Shown piece by piece: positions 49,901 through 62,109 of a DNA stretch of 64,000 nt. The position numbers and the translations under genes were made by a program. How positions within the stretch are numbered: position 1 is the first letter of the stretch; every line of letters starts with the position of its first letter. This stretch comes from Tubiluchus corallicola (Eukaryota; Animalia; Priapulida), in contig JAQGDQ010000018.1 in the NCBI GenBank assembly GCA_030141605.1, positions 62,001 through 126,000 of the forward strand, written 5' to 3'. A model generated the notes under the pieces. It was not told the DNA's origin and ran no database searches. It saw nothing but the letters and a program-made list of their open reading frames with translations.

Positions 49901-52900
49901 CATTTCCTTGGCTTCGCAACTATTGGATTCATTAAAACTAATGAGCGCCAGATGAATGTTATTTTAAGAACGTATACACCAATAATTATAGTTCAAAGAA
50001 AAACTTTAACAGTTAGTGAATAATTGTACTAGAGAGCAGAGATTTCTCTTTCTGAGAGGAATTAGCCTTCTAGGCTTACCTATGGTTCACGGTACAGCAA
50101 GTTGTTTATTTGCTCAATTTTATTTAAGGTAGCAAACGGATCATGTTTCTTATGGGCACTTACGGAATAATCTTTCTCCCACTATTAGCCTCAATAGTGT
50201 TGCACTGTAATACCGTAACTGTTAACGAGGCATTTAAATTATTCTTCCGGCAGTATTTATGCAAATTGCGCATGTGTAAGCTCTGTCAAAATCTTATAGC
50301 TTCTGCACTGACCCATGCAACTGTGACCCATAACAACTGTGATTAATGTAAAAGTGATAAAGTAGTCACACAAGACACTTTCGTTGGCCCAGAAAAATTA
50401 TTTAGGTACATGTATATGAGTATTTCCTGCTTTGTCTGACTTCATCGTTGTAATTTCTGTTTGTAACTTTTGTTTATTTACTTTTCAATTTCTGTCTTGC
50501 TAATGATGGTTTTGACTTGAACTGTTCAGCGTTTTAACTTTTTTGTGCTGTAAACAATAAGCGTCAAGTGTCTGGTAGTTACTTTAAATAATTGTATTTG
50601 TGATAAGATAAAGAAATTAATTGAACAAATTTTAAATTATAGGTATCCTTTGAATTCAGCCTGATATTGTTTGTTTAAAGTCTGGAATTAAACTATTTTA
50701 TACAGGATTTTTTTTGGAAAACGTTGACCTGTCTTGCCTTGTCCTTTAGACTTATTTTTTGCTGAATGTTTATTTAATGTGCACTCATAAAATTTCCTGA
50801 CCTACTGCATTGTAATTTGTATGCCACAGTATAACATAACAAAGTAAAGAGATGACGAAATTTGCACATAATATGGCTTAAATAAGATTGTGTAAGCTTT
50901 TTCCTGTACAGCATGTAATAGCGGCAAGCTGTTGAGAGCCTCCTGCAACTGTACACCTCGTGTGCTAATAATATCCACCGTGGCACGCGTCTTGAACGAT
51001 AACTGCTGACTAGCTTCATCCCAAAAACGTGGATCTACTAGCTAACTGACTATCCTCCTTTCTGTTTTACAGTTATGCCTGCTTTACACCCGAATAAGGA
51101 ATCATCTGAAACAGCCGAGCAAGGTAAGAAAGTGTTAAGTTCTTAGTTGCTTGTGTGTCAAATGTTTTCGTAACTTAAAGTTATTGTTTACAGGCGGGGG
51201 TGTTTACATTCAGTTAACTTGAAACACCTGAGCGATATATTCTGGGTAGCTGAGTGTATCCTTACGGTGCTTTCGTTTTTAGATTTTTTTCTAACCTTTT
51301 TCTCAAAATCAGCTATTTGAGAGTATTTTCCGATTTGTTTCATTACAAATAAGAATAACAATTTTCATATATTGTGCCATATCATTTATCTTCGTCGAAT
51401 ACAATTTGCAGTTTTGTGTGGCTCACTGTTCCGTAAAGTGTAGTTTAAATATAAATTAGCCACTTTACAATATACTCCTTCAATATATTTTCTAGAGTTT
51501 TTTAAAGTTTTATTTCCATCACATTCAGTACAGTAGTAACATTCAATCCAAAGCGACAAACTATCAGTATTGTTACATCATACGTCTCATAAGCTATCGT
51601 TACCATAAAAGAATATTAGTACTGCAGTGAGCTAAAGAAGCAAAGGCTAGTATAAGTCCACTGACATGTGAATCAAAAAATAAAAGAAAAGGGAAAAGGT
51701 TAGATCACACAGGAAAAGAATAAAGATACGTTAATGGAAGGAAAGACAGTACATTACACGATGTTTTACATGGGCTCTAAAAGTTAGGCAATTATGCATA
51801 ATCTGCATCTGGATTGTAGTATGCAGCTGCAATAAGTGTAGGATACTGGGAAGCATTGTATTTATTGAAAATCATTACTTTTCATTTCTTTTTCAATTTT
51901 TGTTTTAACTGAATCATTGTCATGTTTATTTGAAGCATAGTTCATCTTTTATGCAATTCCAATGTCTTGGACTTACGTTTGCAAAGAATTGCCGTGCCCC
52001 TATACTATAATTAATGACAAACTCATTCATTCCAGTTGCATAATGTCAATTATTAGGTTGAGGTGGATTATTAAAAAATGCTGGAAAGAGATGATATTTA
52101 GTTTCATACATGTGTTTACCAGTGTTTATTTGTACTAAAATGTTGACAATTAAAATTTTTTTAGTTTTTGAAACATATTCATGTAAGACTAAGATGGTTT
52201 TGTTGTCTAAGATTACAAATAATTTTCAGAAATTTTTTTTGGATAATTTGTAGTTTATTTATATTGGTTGTATATGTATGTCCTCAAAGGAGACAACAGT
52301 ATGCGAGGTACAGTAATATTAAACAATAGCTCTGAGTTATTATATGTTATCTATTAAACCAATTTTAGTCCTGCGTATGACACCTATGTTTTTTGACATT
52401 TTACTTTTGATCATATCTATGGTCTATGTCTGCCCACTTAATATGATTCCCTAACATTTTATTTCCTGAATGATTTAAATCGAAAATTTTTTTAAATCAG
52501 CTGTATTAGATGAAATTTACTAGTGTCTTAACCTGAAAATGATATATATTTAGTTTTTGCAGAATTCAATGACAAATTATTCGTTTTGAACCAAGTGACA
52601 AATTTACGTAATTCACATTTTATATATTTAGCGATTATGTATACGTAATTCAAAAGAATGTGCTCATATCATCTGCAAACTGGAAGCAATTCGATTTATC
52701 TAAAGAAAATATTATTTAATTTATGTATATTAAAATAACTTGAGGATCTAAAATTGAACCTCGAGGTACTGCATGGGTTACTGGAGTTTCATATGAAATT
52801 GCATTACTGTATCGAACCACTTGCGTTCTCCTATGAAAATAACTAGATGTTCATGGATTTGAGATACGCCTAAGGCCGTAATGATGTAGCTTTGCAATAA

Positions 52901-55900
52901 GTATTTTACGATTAACAGCATCAAAGGTCTTAGAGAACTCACTGAATTTCCCTCCTGCTAATTTATTTTGTTCAATGCATTTTGTGTTTTATTGAAATTT
53001 TTTCAATCATTTTGCTGCTTATTTTACAGTTGGTCGACTTTTTACTTATCTGACAAAAGTATTAATATTTTTAAACATTGAATTTAGAAAAATTTTACGT
53101 TTTGTTTTGTTGCTTCCAAAAAATTCTCACATTAGCATGACGATTGCATTGCTGAAATCAAACATTTTATTAACCTAGTAGCCAAACGGTCACAAACTTT
53201 GTATAGAAAGATTAACGATTCTGCAGTTAGCCTATTTTCTTCTATATCTCTTCTAAATCAGTATTTGAGTATAATTAGCTTGATAAAAATAATATTTTCT
53301 TTAGTCCACTGATTTGAGAAAATGAACATTATACTGATTCTGACATTGCTTCCTATGTATTAGATTGAACTGTTCATGAATTCCTCATTTCCAGTTACAA
53401 ATGAAGAAATAATATCAATGTTACTAACCCTGTTAACAAACTAAATGTGAATATTATTTATACTTTGTTATTGTGATACATTTATTTTGATTTTATGATT
53501 CTATTTGATCTATTTCTGCATGTAAATTATATTTTTTGTATGTGAATAAACATAGTAAATATATATGTTTTGTTGATCCAAAGAAGATAATATTTTATTC
53601 TAAACAACTCTTTCCAATATTTTTAAGAAAGTAACAATGAGGTAGGCTTATAATTATTAATATCCAGAGAAACCCAGGATTTGAAGATAGGGATTATTAG
53701 TAATGTATACTTTCAGTTACATCTATGATAATCTTAGAATGCAAACTGTTAATGTATACTTTCAGTTACATCTATGATAATCTTAGAATGCGAACTGTTA
53801 ATACCAACTCCCTTATTTTTGGTGAAATTACTTCATATATTTATTATATCAGATTCCGTGATTGGAGTAAAGAAAAAAGTAGAATCGTTGTTTTAGTTGT
53901 AATTGGATCTTAATCACAACCGTGGCTCTAATGCATGTTAAAAATTTTGGTTGAGTGGGCTTTTTTAATCAATGCCCACAGTTCCTTCAGGCTTGTTATG
54001 CATGTTAAATAGTAAGACAGAAAAATAACAATGCTGAACTACATAGCAAGCACACCAATGTATTCGCAAACTAGACAATTCAAAGATACAAAATAAGTGG
54101 GTATAGAAGGAAAGAAACAGCAGTTAACATTCCTTCCCATATAAAGATTTTTTACATATAATTATACTATATAGTCATGAAGATCACTTTCAGATTCTGT
54201 GTTTCTATAGCTTCGGAATGCCTTATAAAGGAATGTCAGTTTTCCTGCCTTTTCAATTTCATGTCTATTTCTCATCTTGGAATACAGAAGCCTTATTGTA
54301 TCAAACACTACATTCTCTGCTCGGTCTAAGTACCAGCTGAGTTTGAGATTCACAATAAATATGTCTAGTACTGTAATCATTATAGTGCATATAAGTAGTA
54401 TGCAAAATAAGCTGACTTGCTGTTGAAAAGTTGAAAATATTGGTTTCTGACAGTGAAAAACATTTTTCTGCAAACACTGTCTGCATTAGCATGCATCACC
54501 GAACTTCAATGGGTGGCATTAGTTGTCTACCTGCTAAGGCTGCTTGATCTCAGGAAGACATGAGTTTTGTTATACTAGATTTCAGTCTTTTTGTCGTTAA
54601 TTAACATAATTCTGCTAATATGTTATTGTGTGTCAAATTTTTAGATGAGGAAGAAAAAGATGAGGCACCACAGTTTATTATCCGACCTCGGACCACCATG
54701 GTGGAGCTTGGACAATCAGCTAAATTCCATTGCAGGTAAAATAATTATGATCCCTTACTTGTTTTGTCTTCATTTTCAATTCACAGCTGAAATGCCCTCT
54801 GTAGTTTCTCAGATGCCATACAAGTGATATCATTCCCAATAAAAGGCTTCCTAGAATTTTTGCAGACGTAAGGAGGATGCAGTCGGAACTTTGTAAAGTG
54901 TTGTAAAATACAAGAGATTACATGGCTAATCCAAGCTTTAGAGTTTCTTCACTTTTTATTTAATATTCAAGTCTGTAGTTGAAAAAATGTTTACCCTAAC
55001 TAGCATATTGCTCGATGTAACAAATACCCTGGGGCTAGTTGTTATTATTTATTCTCTGTTAATCTAAATGTCAATAACTGAAGTTGGTGGTAGCTGTGAG
55101 AAAAAATCTGGAATGCCGATGGTGCAGAAGCTGTTTTAGAGTGTTATATGTTCATGTTTTTTGTGCTTTTATGAATGATGTGTTTGAAATGAAATTTTCA
55201 CATTGTCGGTCAAAAAATGTTACTGCATCACAGTCTCTGTTTGATTTTTTTCTGTTGCACAAATCGAAATTAATGCCATCCATTTTCAGCCAAAACTTAG
55301 GTACAAGAAGTAGACCGGTTTTTTTAATGTGTGTATTGCATGTACAGTTTTCGTGGGTTCTTGCATAGGTTCTTCAATAAGAAGACACTTTTCTGAGACA
55401 GGAGTGCTGAAAAGTAAACAGTCTAATCACTCTCATGCATATTTGCCTTCTCTGTAGATGCACATCTAACTAAAGTATGGCCAACTGAAAGTAAACAGGC
55501 GTCAGCTGTAGCCACACCAGTCAACCGAGTTGAAATTAAATTGCAGGCACAAATACCGAACAGTTCAGCCAAATTTTTGTGTTCAGTAAAAGGGACCTTC
55601 ATTGAAACATTCATACTGTGTATTTGTGAGTCAAACTTTCATGATATTCATACATAAGAGGTGCTAGCAGCTATACTGTTCACTGTGTACTGGTTTGTAG
55701 ACCCTTTGAAGTTTGAAGTAAGATCACTACATTTGGTATTTGGTGTATTCGGGCCCTGTTTTGCATTTTTTGTGTCTGTGTGGGTTAGGTTTTACTGATC
55801 CCTGCATAGTGAGCCATTATACAAACATTCTTGACAGCATCCTAAACTGAAAATGTGGGTCTAATAAATATGTTCTTTCAGCATTTCTGTATTATAATAG

Positions 55901-58900
55901 GCATTGTGCTGTATCAAATAAGACCATAAGTTGAGATGTATCAGTGAAATTGAGGTAAAGAGTAATTCGTAATTCATGAAAGACAGAAATCAATAGCACA
56001 ATTACATGCTTCAATCTAATTGCGGTTTTTCTTATAAACAAATTGTATGAGGTGTGTACAGTGCTAACAGGCAGGATTCAATGCCATCAAGTTTTACAAA
56101 ATGATCAGTGACACATGATTCTAGTGCTCATTTTAGAGGTACTGGTTAGTTTTATTATATATTTCATTGCTTTAATTTTTCACAATTAAGCAATTTTTTT
56201 ATTTGCTTTTCAGTGTCAGTGGTAGACCAAAACCATCGGTTACTTGGGACATGAATGGTGAACGAATTATCAGCGGTGGCCGTTATAAAATTTATAGTGA
56301 TGACATAGATAATCACTACCTAGAAATTAATAACATTGAAGAAACTGATTTAGGGACCTACAACTGCACATGCCTCAATGTTGTGGGAACTGTAACTGCT
56401 TTTGCAAATCTCCAATTAGCAGGTAAGATTTTAAATTGGACTGCTAATATCTTTTTAGACTTTCTAAAGTGCTTTTATCCGTATTTTGGTATATGTATGT
56501 AGCTCTCCTGTTATTGCTTGAAAAACATGCTAGTATGCACGTTTCATTCAAATATAAAACAGTTTGTAAAAACATTGTCAAGTATTTTTACAAAGTATCA
56601 TTTTCCCGTCATCCCCGGTCATTTTTAAGTACCTGATAAAGTAAAGCTTTTTCGATGTTGAGCTTTTTGTATTTGTTGTGCATTTTCCAAACCCTGTAGT
56701 GTGTTAAGATTAGTCACACTACATTGATGATAGGGCAGTTTTTTTAAGTTAAATTTACAATTAAGTACAAAATTTTTTTCTTGGGTAAATGCAAAAGGAA
56801 GAGTTCTGTTCTACAGTAGTAGTTGAATATTTTGTTTTTAAAGAATATGTTGTTGTTGTTAAAACAGGTTGAACAGCTGCTGCAGCTGTGTGTGTAGAGG
56901 AAAAATTAACAGTAAAAACTTCCAACATTCTCCACGACTCATTTAGTGCCCTAAAGGAATCTTTCTCAACACATGCCTTAATCATTCTTCAGATTTCAAT
57001 CAGTCTTATAATTAACACTGTCTAGCAGTGTAAAGTGTCTTAAATGTTTATCAGTTAAGAACTACCTGGGTAAAATGTTTGTCTATCAAAACTATGCTGT
57101 CTTGTACAAAATAAAGATACTGAATTTTTTTATTTGTTTTAGAAAATTTATAGATTGTTCACTAATGCTGTGTAAAAGCAATATAATATACTTGCACTGT
57201 ATTTCGTGTTGGAATAGTAAGCCTTGTTTTTCTCCAGTATGTAGTGTAATGTTATATGCCCATTTATTTTACAAGCATCATGTATGTAGTGGTGACATGC
57301 TTTGCAAGTAAGCTTACGCCTTGAATGCATGTCTTTCCAAAAGTTTTTTTCCGGATTGGCCCAGTATTGAAGCAGGCTTGCTCCTGCACATTGACTCATC
57401 AATCTTATGAGCTCGGGCGAAGTTACTAGGCCATTAGTTCAGAAACCCAAGTTCATAATTTTTAACTTAATAAAACTATTTTCTCTTCATTATTCGATAC
57501 CTGAACATATTGAAAACTCAAGTATATGAAATAAAAATAATGTTCTTTTGTTTTTTAGTCACGTATTTTCATTCAAGGCATTTGTAAAATTTGATTTGCA
57601 TAAACCGTAGTTAATTAATCAGTATTGCTGTATATTAAGACAGTATATTTTCAGTGTATATTCCCAGTAAAATGTAATCACTTATAATAAATACCGTAAC
57701 TAAAGAGCTGAATATGCAACTGCTCATTTCTCTGATTGTTAACAAGTTTGGTTGCATGAGGTACAGTCCGAATTCCGCTGCAATGAAGCCCAAGTAGTTT
57801 AGATTGAGCTTACTTAAAATAGACCAAATAGTGGGTCAGACTGGCATAAACGTAGCATCAGCTTGAAACAACCGTAGTTTAGTAATCCATGATTTATGTT
57901 TTATGTAACTAGTAAGAGTAAATAAGGAGGATTGCTCTCTTACTGCATTGATGGAAAGAATCTATGACTCATTTGGTATCTAATGTTCTCAGTGGGTTGC
58001 AAATTAATGAAGGATACACACATTAGACAGACCAGTAATGGAAGGCAAATGATTAATTAGAATTCCACTCCAATAATTAAATCATATTGTAAATCCTGTT
58101 TATGCATTTGTTGAGTTAATAATGCTGATGAGATAATTGTAAAAAGCTGTAACTTGTAATTATATATGGCCAGGAAATTCCAAGGGATCACAGGATATTG
58201 CTTAACCACAAAAACATTATTATTACATCGGGAAAAGTGTGCATGTATTTGTGCACTCACAAGGAAATTCTTATCAAGTTAGGTGTATTTATCAGTTTAC
58301 TCTAGTTCATGTTATTTTTCATTTTCATGCAACTCAATGTAAAATAACAAATAAAATGTATTTTTGCAAATCTAAAGTTCGCATTAGCTGAGTGTGTTCT
58401 AAAGATCAAATTAAGAAGTGCTATGAGTGCGCTGTTACTGAGAACCTGCAAAAAGAACAGGGAGTGACTTGATTGGCTTGATTGTGTAAAATTCGTAACT
58501 GTTTATTAATTCAAACTTTTCAAGTATTTCAGTGCATTACAGAAGGCAAGAGTTTGTGTTGTGTTTTATGTAACTCATATTTTGTTATTTATAGATCCAG
58601 TTTAACAAATGTTTCTGTACAGCATCGAAGATTTGATTTCTAACCAGCATCATTATGCAGTTTGCATGGCTTATGGCTGTTAATTACTTTTAATGACTTC
58701 TTAGTATCTGTGCTATAATTGAGTGAATCTATTAATTTACTTTCATCATTGTTATTAATATTTAACCTGTTATTAATGTTTCAGGTGATATAGTGGAAAA
58801 AGTGGAATTCATCAGACAAGGTAAGTAAAATGGAATTACTTTATAAATGCCATATATGTGTATATAGTGAAATACCAAACAAGATGAAACCGTGCTTGTT

Positions 58901-61900
58901 TTTTTTATTTTATTGGCTTTATCTCATTGATCTACCTCCCAGAGCAAATAACATTTTTCTAGCCAGACTTTAGGTTGGCTGCTTTATGTATTCTTACAGG
59001 CACCCCCAAAACAATAGATAAACTGCTATAAATTCGCATAATGTCTGTTGTGATGGCACACTTACTGTTTCAGGAGATTCATGTCCGGCTGTCAGCCATT
59101 CTGTTTTTAACACGCAAAAAATCAATGATGTTTATTTGAATTTATAAGCCACTTTAAGATTGTTTTGTTTTTATTGTTATTTTAGTAATTTTATGGTTTT
59201 GACTATTATTAGCTCCGTAATTTTCACCGTTGTTATTTACAGTATTTCAACTTTATTCCTTTCCTTTCCATTGGCGTTTGATTCAAAAACAGTTGCAAAA
59301 ATCCTTTTGCTTTGATGAGTTCAATTTGGTGTCGACAAACTGATCTGTTATTGACTGGAACTTGTAGCTTCTATAAAAAAACCTACTTCATTTAACTGTT
59401 TATACTCGTTTATAACCTAGCCTTCGCTAACAGATTTTTTTAAAGCTGTATATTTGAGTCATTGTGTTAGCGTCTAAGAACAAGTGTTCTCCTGCATGAA
59501 ATGTATGTATTTTTTTCCGCTGCATCAAAAGACATGCATGTGTGGTCACTTATCCCAAGTGTTGTATGGTTTGTTAGCGGACAAATAATTACTAATTATT
59601 TCAGAATATTATCCTAATTAAGTGTTGATGTTGTTTTTCAGAGTCAACTCGCTTGGAAAAACCGGAATTCATCCAGGAGTTGACCGACATGGAAGTAACT
59701 GAACACTCTGATGTGAAGTTAACTGTCCGAGTGCGAGGTGCGTCAGATTGGCATCCTAAGAGTTACAATTAAATTGCACAAGTTTTTAGTGTGGCACATT
59801 TACGTGAGAGCTACACTTCAGTTTGCTTGTTATAACAAAGAACTGCGCTGGAGTAAATAACACTGATTTCACGGCATGGAAAAATTCCCTGGCAATGACC
59901 TGCATCTATCTATCTCTAACAACTATGTTGCTAGCAAAATGGCACAAAAACGTCATTCATTCGTGTTCTCAAAGCATACACGTTGTAATCATGTGTCGAG
60001 CAACAGGGACTTCTAATTGGACAAATTTTTGGTCTCGATGATGTATCATGAAAAAACTGCACATATTTGATTTGGACATGATCGCTTTTTCACGATAGGT
60101 CGTTGTGAAGTCACCTCACTTTGTATGTACACGCTAGGGTTCCTTTACCTTGCTCCATTATGATCATGATAATTTCATTGTGAAAAAGTGATAGTGTAGC
60201 CACTGCATGAGGAATCATGTCTGTAATGTATCAGGTAATACCACACAACACCTTAAATTCATGATGTTCTAAGGTAAGGTAAATAGGCTCCAATACTGAC
60301 ATTAATAGTGGAGACAGTGGAAAGAGTAGTAGGAAAGGTCGAATTACATTTGTATGCTATTTAATTAGTGCTTGTAATCATAATCAAAACTTGACATTAG
60401 CAATGTGAAAAAAGCATTACATTCACTTTAGTGATGTCGACTTATGTTCCAAGCTATTCAAATATTTGTGAACAAAGTCATAGAAGGTTTCCTTTGCTGT
60501 ATTATCAGAAGATACCTTCTCAAGGTTAGAAATGTTTTTTCAATCAAAAACCACCTTTCTAAATTTGTGTTAAGTTCTACGCCTCTAGCAAAATCTTTGA
60601 CGATTGCTTTTTGAAAATTGCTAAACTATCTTGCATTAAATTCTGTTCACTTGCTTTAGCAGCTTTTTGTGATTGCTGTTGAGTTGTTGTTTATAAGTAG
60701 AGTAGATAAGTACAAATCTTTTATCAAATTTTTCCCGATATAGTATCCTTATTTGATTTATAAGTTTGAATGCATAAGCATAATCAAGCATTGAATTATA
60801 TGGTAGAAAAGAAAAGTAAAAAGAATTTATTAAATTTTTAATGACTAGCATCACTATTTGATTTACAGTGTTCCCTCGCTACTTTGCAGTTTGTTTATCG
60901 TTAACTTTACGGGTTTTCAGAGATACTAATGTAAAATATTTATCGCGGTGTTTTCGCTGTTTCGCGGGTTTTTGCAGTACTCCGTCTAAAGTATTTTTGC
61001 ACATGCGTAATACGTATTGTACAGTAATGTATAGATTTGATGAATTTTGCATAAAGTATTATAAATCATAAAAAATTATCATTTACAGTAAGTAGTGTAT
61101 TTATTCGGCGGATGAATACACACCAAAAACGAAACGTAGTACTTGCACCCGCTTGAGATGCTACTTGCCAACGTGAGATTGGACGCAACACATGATTGGT
61201 TGATTGATGGAATGTAAAATAATGTATAGCTACTAAAATGAGTATAGCGTCCCTACTTCACAGAAATTCACTTATCGCGGGTGGGCCTGCAACTGAACGA
61301 GACGGAACGAGCTGTTGACAGAATGAGAGCTGTATAGTTTCAACAGTCATATTTTCTGACATGGTATTCTGGGTGTAACTATTGTCTACGGTCTTTATTG
61401 TTGTTATTTTTCGTAGTAATAGGTAGAATATATACGTTTGTAGGCCGCTTGTAGCGGAAAAGTGTCACAAAATCTGATGCACGTGGCAGTCTATAGTAAT
61501 TATTGCATTGTCACCATTGTTTATTTACAAAATTTATATTTTCAAATTTCAGAAGTATTTGATGAAGATAAATGTGCGCCAGTATTCCTTGAAAAACCAA
61601 GACCTTGGCATGGGTCAAAAGGGCAATACGCACGGTTTTCCTGCAAAGTGGATGGAGTGCCCTTGCCACAGGTGGAATGGTCTAAAGATGGAGAGGTCAT
61701 TCGTCCTGGAGGCAGATACAGGGTAAGTTTGCTACCTGAAGTAAGTGGCACATAAGTGGTGGGGGCAGTGGTGACCATGACGTCATGTCAGCTTCTGTAT
61801 GAAAAGTACAATTTTGGACTAATGGATGTGGAAAGTATATTGCTGAAATTGTTATGTAAAGTCGGACCGAAATTTTATGTTGCAGCGAAAATATTTATAA

Positions 61901-62109
61901 ACATCAGCGTCACTCAACTTTATTGATCAAAAATGTCTTCTTTTCCAGATTGTAAGAGATGGCTACTCTCATGCTGTCGAAATTCCAAAAGTAGAACTTA
62001 GCGACGAGGGTCGTTTGACAGTGACGGCGCGAAATTCCCAAGGTGAGCACTCTTGCACAGTTTCTGTGCAGGTGTACACTGATGAGGAGGAATATGCAGA
62101 TTATACCCG
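40851..62109 (+). CDS. I-set immunoglobulin-domain protein (titin/obscurin/MLCK-like), 5' part, multi-exon
   Basis: Phase-compatible exons: 40851-40974, 41273-41321, 41714-41866, 42738-42871, 44543-44656, 51073-51123, 54645-54735, 56214-56422, 58785-58820, 59642-59737, 61553-61722, 61949-62109. Three complete I-set domains (LECSVTGIPVPRVSW...GHWTCKAENILG; APQFIIRP...GRPKPSVTW...DLGTYNCTCLNVVG; APVFLEKP...GVPLPQVEW...DEGRLTVTARNSQG) plus one half domain. Confidence 0.82.
41714..42871 (+). CDS. Ig I-set domain 1 (exons 41714-41866 and 42738-42871)
   Basis: KPKVFYHLKEQ...LECSVTGIPVPRVSWYHDG / YQLFIPNV...GHWTCKAENILGSD. Confidence 0.85.
42973..43364. mobile_element. hAT-like MITE with TTCGAA subterminal repeats
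   Basis: TIRs TATGGGTGAGCAT / ATGCTCACCTCTA; near-duplicated 8-bp flanks GGTTCTAA / ATTTCTAA. Confidence 0.7.
47000..47347 (+). promoter_or_regulatory. Probable alternative promoter and non-coding first exon of the Ig gene
   Basis: CpG-rich patch, GC box GGGCGG at ~47218 and a consensus donor TAG|GTAAGT at 47347. The next exon (51073) has an in-frame ATG at 51075. Confidence 0.5.
53701..53802. repeat. Tandem duplication, 2 x 49 bp
   Basis: TAATGTATACTTTCAGTTACATCTATGATAATCTTAGAATGC(A/G)AACTGT occurs twice. Confidence 0.95.
54645..56422 (+). CDS. Ig I-set domain 2 (exons 54645-54735 and 56214-56422)
   Basis: EAPQFIIRPRTTMVELGQSAKFHCS / VSGRPKPSVTWDMNG...LEINNIEETDLGTYNC. Confidence 0.88.
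59809..60200. mobile_element. Degenerate PIF/Harbinger-like MITE
   Basis: Ends GCTACACT and AGTGTAGC; internal inverted motif ATCGCTTTTTCACGAT / ATTGTGAAAAAGTGAT. Confidence 0.4.
60866..61332. mobile_element. Tigger/pogo-like MITE remnant
   Basis: TA|CAGTGTTCCCTCGCTA start, TCGCGG subrepeats and ATTCACTTATCGCGGG near the right end; the right TIR is eroded. Confidence 0.6.
61553..62109 (+). CDS. Ig I-set domain 3 (exons 61553-61722 and 61949-62109)
   Basis: APVFLEKP...ARFSCKVDGVPLPQVEWSKDG / HAVEIPKVELSDEGRLTVTARNSQGEHSCTVSVQV. Confidence 0.88.

Noticed and set aside
60235-60273. Candidate second half of the orphan Ig domain (AG...GTAAG bounded)
   Set aside because: In phase 1 it reads GNTTQHLKFMMF-stop, with no Ig motifs and a weak acceptor.
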